From NCBI GenBank assembly GCA_044229975.1, contig JBGARZ010000004.1, positions 128,001-192,000 on the forward strand: a stretch of DNA of 64,000 bases, given 5' to 3'. Shown here in pieces: positions 47,857 to 55,581 of this stretch. The position numbers and the translations under genes were made by a program. Source of the stretch: Polyangiales bacterium. Its GTDB lineage: Bacteria > Myxococcota_A > Polyangia > Polyangiales > Ga0077539. Within the stretch, counting starts at the first letter, position 1. Each line of letters starts with the position of its first letter. The notes under the pieces are model-generated. The model did no database searches, was not told where the DNA came from, and worked only from the letters and a program-made list of their open reading frames with translations.

Positions 47857-48852
47857 CTACCAGTGCGAGGTGTGGTCCTCGACCACGCCGTAGCCCTCGA
47901 CGCGCACGTCGCGGTCGCCGTCGCGGAAGGTTCCGGTGAAGCGGCCGAAGGGCTGGATGAAGTCGTGCTTCACGAGGCCGAGGTTCTTGCGGTCGCTGCG
48001 CGCCCCTTCGGGGGTGAACGTCAGGTCGAGGCCCAGCCCGGCGTGGCGCACCGTCCATGACTGCTGGCCAGGCGGCTGACCGACGCTGAACTCCGCGCCG
48101 CGACCGAGCGGGATGAGACGGTCGCCGAGCCAGAGGGCGTTCTCGATCTCGTCGTTGAAGTGCGCGACGAGGTTGAGCCCGAAGGGGCGGCCGTCGTCGG
48201 TGGTGCCCTGGAGGCAGGCCCAGTTCCAGTGGGTGTCGCGCGGGGGGTAGCCGAGGGTGAAGTCGAGGGCGCCGCCGTGCGGGAGCTCGACGTCGAAGTG
48301 CCGCTCGTCGAGGCGCGCGCTCACCGTGATGGGGAGACACAGCCGCTTGAAGGTGTGGTTGAAGGGTCGGTCGCGGCTCGGCGCGAGCGAGGTCATGCCG
48401 CCGTCGAGGGTGCTCAGCCGCAGGTCGCACGAGAGGCGCTTGCCCTCGTAGCGCAGGCGCATCCCGTCGCCCTCCGGGTCGATGCGCCAATGGCGGTGGC
48501 CCAGCCCGAGCTTCCACCCGCGGCGCATGGACGGCGCGAAGTCGTCGCGAAACCCCAACGGCACGTCGAGCTTCTCCTCGACGAACTCGCGGCGCTTGCG
48601 GTCGTACACGTACAGAAACGCCGTCCCGATGTAGCCCGCGTCGGCGACGGCGAAGCCCACCATGAAGTCGTCGTGGTAGGCGCCGAGGTAGATCCAGCCC
48701 TTGCGCTGGAGGCGTCGACGCCAGGTGAACGCGTCGCGGTCCCAGCGCGCGGTGGAGACGTCGGCGATGGCGCCGCGGTACGGACCGTAGGCCGGGAAGT
48801 TTCCGTCGATGTCGACGAGGGAGGCGGGCGTGGGGAGGAGATCGTTGCTCAT
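47857..48852 (-). CDS. DUF2804-like protein
   Basis: RKGWIY, LDFTLGYPPRDTHWNWA, ENALW, FIQPFGRFTG, GVVEDHTSHW. Confidence 0.8.
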   Translation of the reverse strand: MSNDLLPTPASLVDIDGNFPAYGPYRGAIADVSTARWDRDAFTWRRRLQRKGWIYLGAYHDDFMVGFAVADAGYIGTAFLYVYDRKRREFVEEKLDVPLGFRDDFAPSMRRGWKLGLGHRHWRIDPEGDGMRLRYEGKRLSCDLRLSTLDGGMTSLAPSRDRPFNHTFKRLCLPITVSARLDERHFDVELPHGGALDFTLGYPPRDTHWNWACLQGTTDDGRPFGLNLVAHFNDEIENALWLGDRLIPLGRGAEFSVGQPPGQQSWTVRHAGLGLDLTFTPEGARSDRKNLGLVKHDFIQPFGRFTGTFRDGDRDVRVEGYGVVEDHTSHW

Positions 48853-48861
48853 GGCGTTCCT

Positions 48862-49941
48862 TCACTCAACAGCGGGGCACGGCGCAGCGGGCGTCGGCAG
48901 CGGTCGGTCGGGCGACGGAACAAACCCCAGCACCGTCCGCGGCCACTCGTCGGTGACCATCACGAAGCCGCGCTGATCGAGCCGCGCGATGCCCTCCCAG
49001 TTGCGCGCCCGAGCTTCTCTCAGCAAACGGATCACCTGCCCCGTCGGGCGCACCGCCACGCCGTCGTCGCGCAGCTCGATGAGGCGCTCGACGCTGCGGG
49101 CGGTCCCTCCGCGGGGGTCGCAGTCGACGGCCTCGGAGAAGCAGCCCACCGCGCGGATGGTGCGCTCGCACTCGGCGGTGTCGCCCACGTCGCGGTAGCT
49201 GTACTGCGTCGCCCAGAAGCGCCGGTCGGCGTCGACCGCCGTCGCGTCGGTGAGGCGGTACGGAATCGCCTCGACGGACACCACCACCGGGGCCGCGCGG
49301 GTGTCGCCGACGCGCAGGGCCTGCGACGCGCACGAGGTGCTCACGCCGTTGGCCTCGAAGAGCGCGAGCCACGAGTTGTCGACGCGGGTGAGCGCTTCGT
49401 ACGAGTGGTTGTCGGAGCGCAGCGGGACGTCGAGGTTGGTCGCGTTGCGGTCGAGCACGAGCCCGCGCACGGGGTCGAGCGTGGCGGTGACGAGCAGCGC
49501 GGACATCTCGTCGCCGAGGCCGCGCTCGACGGTGAGGGCGGCGCGGTCGCCCTCGAAGGCGATGGCCTCGAAGCCCTGGTAGCGGGTGTCGTTGGGCAGG
49601 TCGAGGAGGTCGAGGTCGACGCGCTCGGGGGTGATGGGCGAGCGATCGGCGCCGTCGACCCAGGCGCGCAGGCGGGCGCCCGGGATGCGGTAGACCCACG
49701 CGTGCGTGAAGCCGGGGCGGGCGCGCATGCGGGCGAGGCCGCGCGGGCTCCACTGCGGCAGGAGGAAGAGCTCGTCGCCGTGCCACGCGAGGCCGGAGTA
49801 CTCGTTGCCGCGCGCGGCGGCGTCGCCCGCGAGGCAGATGGACAACACCGGAACCGGCTCCATCGGGTCACGCCCGCGGGGCCGTTGGGCGCCGCTGCAC
49901 GACAGCGAGAGCGCGGCGAAGATCAGCAGCGGGCGGCGCAT
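48862..49941 (-). CDS. Lipoprotein, beta-propeller (esterase-like phytase/SdiA-regulated-like)
   Basis: Lipobox LSLSC; EYSGLAW, GFEAIAF, NWEGIA blade motifs. Confidence 0.68.
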   Translation of the reverse strand: MRRPLLIFAALSLSCSGAQRPRGRDPMEPVPVLSICLAGDAAARGNEYSGLAWHGDELFLLPQWSPRGLARMRARPGFTHAWVYRIPGARLRAWVDGADRSPITPERVDLDLLDLPNDTRYQGFEAIAFEGDRAALTVERGLGDEMSALLVTATLDPVRGLVLDRNATNLDVPLRSDNHSYEALTRVDNSWLALFEANGVSTSCASQALRVGDTRAAPVVVSVEAIPYRLTDATAVDADRRFWATQYSYRDVGDTAECERTIRAVGCFSEAVDCDPRGGTARSVERLIELRDDGVAVRPTGQVIRLLREARARNWEGIARLDQRGFVMVTDEWPRTVLGFVPSPDRPLPTPAAPCPAVE

Positions 49942-49988
49942 GGGGTGCGCGCGACTCTATCGCGACGCGAGGTGCGTGGAGAGGGGCG

Positions 49989-51383
49989 TCAGCCGCGGAG
50001 CTTCGATCCGAGCGCGACGACCTCGGGGTTGCGCGGGTCGATCTTGGCGGCGGTCTCCAGGGCGCTGCGCGCGCTCGCGGTGCGGCCGGCCTTGAAGAAG
50101 ATGCGCGTGAGGCAGATGTGGGCGGCGATGACGTCGGGCGCGAGGCGCACCGACTTCCGGGCGTACTCCGCGGCGCGGGAGAAGTCCTTGCCCGACTCGC
50201 AGAGCGACTGGGCGGCGTGCAGCGCGGCCTGCGCGTCGGCGGGGCGCAGGTCGGCCACCTTGGCCCAGAGGTCGCCGGCCTGGTCCCACCGCTGCGCCTT
50301 CTCGGCGGCGCGGGCGGCGTTGGAGAGGCGCTGCACCTCGTGGTCCTGGAAGGTCTCCTCGGCGCGCGCGAGGCGCGACTTCAGGCTGGCGTCGTCGGGG
50401 CGCAGCGTCGCGGCGTGGCGCAGCAGCTTCACGATCTCGGCGTGCTCGTCGTTGCGCGCGGCCCGCTCGATGAGGGACTCCAGGTCGTCGAGGGTGCGCT
50501 GCACGTCCCGCGAGCGCGTCTCCGCCCTTCCGCGCAGCAACGACTCCAGCGCCATGCCCGCGGGCACCTGCGCCGCCGGGGACGGCGGCGGCGTGGACGG
50601 CCGCGACCCCATCGGCGGCGGCGGAACCGACGCTGGCCGCTGCTGCTGCATCGCGGGCGGCGGGTGCGACCCGCGCCGCGGCGGGATGACGGAGCCGGGG
50701 GCGTTGTGTTCGGTGGGCGGCGTGATGGCGCGCGACGGCGGCGGGGCGGGCGGCGACGGGGTGGTGGGCGACTGCGGCGTGACCGATCGGGCGGGGGCGC
50801 GCTCGGGCGGCGCGTGCCGCGGCGACACGGGCATGGGGGTGCGCGTGTCGCGGTGGATGGCGGGCGGCGGGTTGTGCACGTGCAGGTCGCGCGCGTGCAT
50901 CGGCGGCGGCGTGCGGACGTCGCGCACGTGCATCGGCATGGGGGTGCGCGTGTCGGGCCGCGCGGGCGCCGCGGGCATGGGGGTGCGCGGGTCGGGGCGC
51001 GCGGGCATCGCGGGCATCGGGGTGCGGGAGTCGCGGTCGCGCGGCGGCGCGTCGACGACGAGCAGGTCGGCGACGAGGCCGAGGCGGCGGTCGTAGCGGG
51101 CGCGCCGGTCGGGGTCGCCGAGCACCGCGAAGGCCAGGTTGACCTCGCGCCCGATGGCCTCGATGTGCATGGCGTAGGCGCCCAGGTCGCGGCCCTCGAA
51201 GCGGTCGGGCTTGAAGCGTTCGAGCTGCTCGAAGTAGGCCTCGCGGAGGGCGGCGCGGTCGCAGTCCCGGGCCACGCCGAGCACGTCGTAGTAGCTCCCC
51301 GAGAGGCGATCGAACATCGACAGGACCCCGTCGCGCTCCGTCGCGCTCAACGCTCCCCCCGCTCTGTGGTTGGTGTCCGTCAT
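49989..51383 (-). CDS. J-domain-like + Pro-rich + TPR protein (HPD replaced by KPD)
   Basis: YYDVLGV...LREAYF...FKPDRF...AFAVLGDPDRRARYD; RTPMP repeats; C-terminal TPRs. Confidence 0.82.
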   Translation of the reverse strand: MTDTNHRAGGALSATERDGVLSMFDRLSGSYYDVLGVARDCDRAALREAYFEQLERFKPDRFEGRDLGAYAMHIEAIGREVNLAFAVLGDPDRRARYDRRLGLVADLLVVDAPPRDRDSRTPMPAMPARPDPRTPMPAAPARPDTRTPMPMHVRDVRTPPPMHARDLHVHNPPPAIHRDTRTPMPVSPRHAPPERAPARSVTPQSPTTPSPPAPPPSRAITPPTEHNAPGSVIPPRRGSHPPPAMQQQRPASVPPPPMGSRPSTPPPSPAAQVPAGMALESLLRGRAETRSRDVQRTLDDLESLIERAARNDEHAEIVKLLRHAATLRPDDASLKSRLARAEETFQDHEVQRLSNAARAAEKAQRWDQAGDLWAKVADLRPADAQAALHAAQSLCESGKDFSRAAEYARKSVRLAPDVIAAHICLTRIFFKAGRTASARSALETAAKIDPRNPEVVALGSKLRG

Positions 51384-51488
51384 CGCCCTCTCAACGTCGC
51401 CGCTCGCACGCCACCACCGGTGCCCTCTCCGAGGCGCGTCGGTGCGGTCAGCATACCCGTTCGGGGCATCGGTTCTGCGACGGAAAAT

Positions 51489-53114
51489 CTAGTGGTGCCG
51501 ACGACACGTGCTCTCCTCGACCAGCGGCCTCGATGCCGCTGCTGCCCCGACCCGCTGAAGCTGGGAAAGAACGGCCCGCGCCCGATGGCAGTCACCCTCG
51601 TGGATGAGTTGGCGGATGCGATCGGCGCCGAGGGCGTCGACCCCTTCGCGCAGCGGGTCGATGTCGTTGGCGGGGAGCACCGCGGGTTCGCGGGCGTGGG
51701 TGAGGGCGGTGATGGCGCCGTCGAGGTCGCGGGCGTGCACGCGGTCGAGGCCGTCGCGGACGGCGTTGCGCGCGGCGGTCTGGGCTTGATGGGAGGCGCG
51801 GGCGACCGGGTCTTCGACGGGGGCCGGCGCGGGCGACGGCGTGGTGTTGGCGGCGTTGGCGGTGTTGGCCGCGTGGGCGGCGGGCGGTCGCGGGGCGGTG
51901 GCGGCGTTGGCGGGCATGGGGGACGGCGCGCGGCTGCCGTGGAGGGCCAGGGACACGACGGCGAAGCCGCCGAGGATGCTGGCTGCGGCGACGCCGAGCA
52001 CCCACGGGAGCACCCGACGGCGCGGGCGTGGCGGCGGCCATGACCGGGACGCATACGCGGGGTTGAGCGGCGGAACGGGCACGCTGGCGATGCTGACGGT
52101 GGCGACCGATCCGACGGGGACGTTGGAGACGGCGTCTTCGGCGGCGGCCTCGCCGCGGAGCTCGGCGAGGAAGGCCATGGCCGAGGGGGTTCGGAGGGCG
52201 GCGTCTTTTTCGAGGGCGTGGGTGATGGCGGCCTCGACGGAGGCGGGGAGCGTCGCGCAGCCGGGTTGTTGACGCAGCGGCGTCGGGGGGACGTTGAGGT
52301 GCGCGTCGGTCCACTCGACGAGCGAGCGGGCGGGCCACGGGAGGGTTCCGGAGAGCATGAGGTAGGTGAGCAGGCCGAGGGAGTAGACGTCGGCGCGGGC
52401 GTCGACGGGCTGACCGCGGAGCTGCTCGGGGCACATGAACGCGGGGGTTCCGAGGATGGTCCCGAGGCTGGTGAGGGGCTTCTCGCCGGGGTGGGCGGGC
52501 GCGCGGCGGGCGATGCCAAAGTCCACGACCTTGAGCAGGGGGATGGGGTCGCCGGGCGCGAGGAGGACGTTTTCGGGCTTGAGGTCGCGGTGGACGATGC
52601 CGGCCTTGTGGGCGGCGTCGAGGGCGCTGGCCATCTGGGTGGCGAGGTCGAGGGCGAGGGTGGGTTCGAGCCGGCCGCGCTGGACGCGCGTGGCGAGGCT
52701 CTCGCCGGGGACGAACTCCATCACCGACACGAAGCGCCCGCCTTCTTCGCCGTAGTCGAAGAGGCGAACGATGTTGGGGTGTTCGAGCGAGGCGAGGGTG
52801 GTGGCCTCGCGGCGGAAGCGCGAGACGATGTACTCGTCGTTGCCGCGCGCGGCGGCGAGCACCTTGATGGCCACGCGGCGCACGCCTTCGCCCACGCGCT
52901 GCTCGCCGAGGTACACGCGGCCCATGCTGCCTTCGCCGAGCTTCACCTCGACGCGGTAGCGCCCGAGGAGCATCGACCCGATGAGCGGATCATCGCCGCC
53001 GGCCTGGTCGAAGCGCTGCCCGCAGTGCGCGCAGAAGCGAGCGTCGTCCGACGGTCGGGGCGTCTCGCAGCGGGGGCATGGTTGGGCAGTCACGGGGGAA
53101 AGGCCGCGGAGCAT
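51489..53114 (-). CDS. Membrane Ser/Thr kinase with an N-terminal zinc ribbon (start 53114 or 53093)
   Basis: CPRC...FCAHCG, GEGSMG, VAIKVL, HRDLKPEN, DFGIA, TM helix. Confidence 0.9.
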   Translation of the reverse strand: MLRGLSPVTAQPCPRCETPRPSDDARFCAHCGQRFDQAGGDDPLIGSMLLGRYRVEVKLGEGSMGRVYLGEQRVGEGVRRVAIKVLAAARGNDEYIVSRFRREATTLASLEHPNIVRLFDYGEEGGRFVSVMEFVPGESLATRVQRGRLEPTLALDLATQMASALDAAHKAGIVHRDLKPENVLLAPGDPIPLLKVVDFGIARRAPAHPGEKPLTSLGTILGTPAFMCPEQLRGQPVDARADVYSLGLLTYLMLSGTLPWPARSLVEWTDAHLNVPPTPLRQQPGCATLPASVEAAITHALEKDAALRTPSAMAFLAELRGEAAAEDAVSNVPVGSVATVSIASVPVPPLNPAYASRSWPPPRPRRRVLPWVLGVAAASILGGFAVVSLALHGSRAPSPMPANAATAPRPPAAHAANTANAANTTPSPAPAPVEDPVARASHQAQTAARNAVRDGLDRVHARDLDGAITALTHAREPAVLPANDIDPLREGVDALGADRIRQLIHEGDCHRARAVLSQLQRVGAAAASRPLVEESTCRRHH

Positions 53115-53149
53115 AGTTCGCCCGCCGCAAAGGTGGCCAGCGATCGACG

Positions 53150-53360
53150 GAGAGCGTGCACGAGGGCTGAAAAGGTACGCACGCGGCCTGGAGAGGTACG
53201 CACGCGGCTCGAAACAACGCGCACGGGCCATCGGGAAGGTGGACACACCCCATCGAGAGGGTGGACACGGGCTATCGGGAGGGTGGACACACCCCAGCGG
53301 GAGGGTGGACACGGGCCGTCGGAAATGTGTACACGCGGGGTCGTTTCACCCGTACACGGG
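53150..53360. repeat. Degenerate 21-22-bp period direct-repeat array
   Basis: GGTGGACAC at 53238, 53260, 53282 and 53304; in-phase degenerate cores at 53156, 53177, 53198, 53219 and 53329. Confidence 0.7.
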
Positions 53361-53393
53361 GTCGCCCAATTATCTTGCGGGTTCAATGGGATG

Positions 53394-53744
53394 GGGCCCA
53401 CGCCGCAGCGTCAGCGCGGCGCGCAGCGGTCACGTCCGCAGTCGCCGGGCCCACGCCGCAGCGTCAGCGCGGCGCGCAGCGGTCACGTCCGCAGTCGCCG
53501 GGCCCACGCGGCAGCGTCAGCGCGGCGCGCAGCGGTCACGTCCGCAGTCGCCGGGCCCACGCGGCAGCGTCAGCGCGGCGCGCAGCGGTCACGTCCGCAG
53601 CACCCAATCCGGAATCGACTGCAGGCCTGACCGTTGCGCGCCTTGCTGACGCTGCGGCGTGGGCCCGGCGACTGCGGGCCTGACCGTTGCGCGCCTTGCT
53701 GACGCTGCGGCGTGGGCCCCAGGGACTGCGGGCCTGACCGTCGC
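53394..53744. repeat. 53-bp tandem repeat x4 followed by ~2.5 inverted diverged copies (family D)
   Basis: Unit GGGCCCACGCCGCAGCGTCAGCGCGGCGCGCAGCGGTCACGTCCGCAGTCGCC at ~53394, 53447, 53500 and 53553; reverse-complement variants from ~53617. Confidence 0.88.
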
Positions 53745-53755
53745 TCCAACCTCGA

Positions 53756-55225
53756 TCAGTACCAGCCGGCCTTCTCGTTCTTGCAGGCCAGCTCCCACGT
53801 CTCGTCGGTGCTGACCCCCTGGGCGAGCTCCTTCACCCAGCGAAACCCCTCGTGCGCCATCGGCCGCTGCCCGGTGTCGTTGAAGTGCAACACCGCCCAG
53901 TCCGTGACCCCGTTGAACGCCACGTCGCACAGGTCCACCTGCAGCCCCCCGCCGTGGCGTCGCGCGGCCCGCTCGACCGCCGTCTGCACCCGCGACAGCT
54001 CGCGCCACTCGTCCACCGGGTCGAACTCCTCCGGGCGATCGCGCAGCGCGTCCACCAGCACCTCGATCGCCGCGAGGTCGTCCTCTCGCGCCGCCCACAA
54101 CACCCGCTCTCCCATCGCGCCGTCGGTCAGCATCGGCAGCGGAGCCTTCGCGCCGCGCACCACCGCCGCGAGGTCATCCTCGGCCGCCAGCAGCAGCCCG
54201 TCGAGCAGCGCCTCGCCCTCCGCCGTCACGCCCAGCGCCATCGCCCGCTGCCGCACCCGCGCGTCGAGCGCCGCGTTGGTCGCCGCCGCGTCCCAGCGCG
54301 CGAAGGTCTCCCCCAGCAGCGCCCCCCACCGCGCCGTCGCCGTCGGCGTCGTCAGCAGCGCGCGGTGACACGCCAGCGCGTCCACCAGCGCATCACCCGT
54401 CGCCGCCGGAACCGTCGCCACCGGCCCGTGGTCGACCACGTCGCGCAGCCAGCGCCACGTCGCCACACGCTGCCCCGCGAAGATCCATGCGAAGGGTCGC
54501 GCGAGCTTGATCCAGAAGGTGCGCGGGTACCGTCGCCAGCGCAGCTCGAAGCCCACGAGGTCGGCCCAGCCGCTCCATCCGGGGTGACGCCTGGTCTCCA
54601 GCGCCACGGCCTCCAGGTCGCCGCGCGTGAGGGCGTCGGCCACCAGCCAGCGACGCGCCATCCGCCGCGCGAGGCGCGGGCAGTAGTCGAGCTTCATCCG
54701 CGAGACGGCCCGCAGCAGATCGCGCGCCCGCTCGACGTCGCCGGTCGTCGCCGCGAGCATGCCGTGGGCGGCGATCTCCATCCCGTAGTGCGGGCCGATC
54801 GAGCGCTTCGAGAGGTAGGTGACAAACGACTGCCGCTCCAACGGCGTGAGCTCGCCCCGACGCATCTGCGCGAGCAACCCGTAGAACACCGCCCCCGCCC
54901 GCGGCGCCCGCACCGCCGCGACAGGAACCATCACGCGCGCATACCAGTACGCCACGCGCGGCAGCTTGAGCGGGACGATCACCCACGCGAGCACCACGCC
55001 GGGGAACAGCGTGAGCACCAGCCAGGTGATGACGGTGATGCCCGGCAGCGGCGCGAGGCGCTCGGGGATGACGTTCAGCCACATGCCGCAGGTGAACAAC
55101 GCGAGCAGGCTGCGCATGAGCCACCAGACGAAGCCGGGGGCCGCGGGCTCGGCGCGACCGTTGCCGCCGCCGTTGCCGTTGCGCGCCATGTACAGCGCCC
55201 AGAAGATCGGGATGACCGGGATCAC
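53756..55225 (-). CDS. Hypothetical membrane protein, last gene of the Hsp70 operon
   Basis: N-terminal TM helices then a helical region; GTGA overlap with the upstream gene. Confidence 0.72.
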   Translation of the reverse strand: MIPVIPIFWALYMARNGNGGGNGRAEPAAPGFVWWLMRSLLALFTCGMWLNVIPERLAPLPGITVITWLVLTLFPGVVLAWVIVPLKLPRVAYWYARVMVPVAAVRAPRAGAVFYGLLAQMRRGELTPLERQSFVTYLSKRSIGPHYGMEIAAHGMLAATTGDVERARDLLRAVSRMKLDYCPRLARRMARRWLVADALTRGDLEAVALETRRHPGWSGWADLVGFELRWRRYPRTFWIKLARPFAWIFAGQRVATWRWLRDVVDHGPVATVPAATGDALVDALACHRALLTTPTATARWGALLGETFARWDAAATNAALDARVRQRAMALGVTAEGEALLDGLLLAAEDDLAAVVRGAKAPLPMLTDGAMGERVLWAAREDDLAAIEVLVDALRDRPEEFDPVDEWRELSRVQTAVERAARRHGGGLQVDLCDVAFNGVTDWAVLHFNDTGQRPMAHEGFRWVKELAQGVSTDETWELACKNEKAGWY

Positions 55226-55581
55226 CGCCCGTCACCGCGGGCAATAGGCGAGCGCCAGCCGAAGAGCGCGAAGGCGTCGCTCCACCGCTGCTCGGGTGCG
55301 GTCACCGTCGCGGCATCCGCCGCCGGAACCTTCGCCCACAGCTCATGCGTCGCGCGCTTCACCGGGTCGCGCAGCTCGGCGACGCTCTGCCGCACGAGGT
55401 CTTCGGTGCGCGGCCGCGGTCCGAAGGGCGAGGCGTAGGTCTTCGCCGCGGCGGCTCCGACGCCGAGCAGTCCGAGGAGCTTCTGCGCCGCACGCTCGAC
55501 CTCCGCGCGGGGTGCGTCGGGGGCGACGCCCAGGACGAAGAAGGGGTTCTGCGCCCAACGGGTGAGCGCGTCGTCGGCCAT
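55222..55581 (-). CDS. Small J-domain-like protein lacking HPD
   Basis: MADDALTRWAQNPFFVLGVAPDAPRAEVERAAQKLL...LRDPVKRATHELW; TGATG overlap with the Hsp70 stop. Confidence 0.68.
   Translation of the reverse strand: MADDALTRWAQNPFFVLGVAPDAPRAEVERAAQKLLGLLGVGAAAAKTYASPFGPRPRTEDLVRQSVAELRDPVKRATHELWAKVPAADAATVTAPEQRWSDAFALFGWRSPIARGDGR

Noticed and set aside
53230..53320. Mini-CRISPR from the GGTGGACAC repeats
   Set aside because: The 22-bp period is far too short, and the spacers are themselves repeated.
53394..53744. Possible CRISPR array
   Set aside because: Units are contiguous 53-bp tandem copies with no unique spacers, and there are no cas genes in the window.
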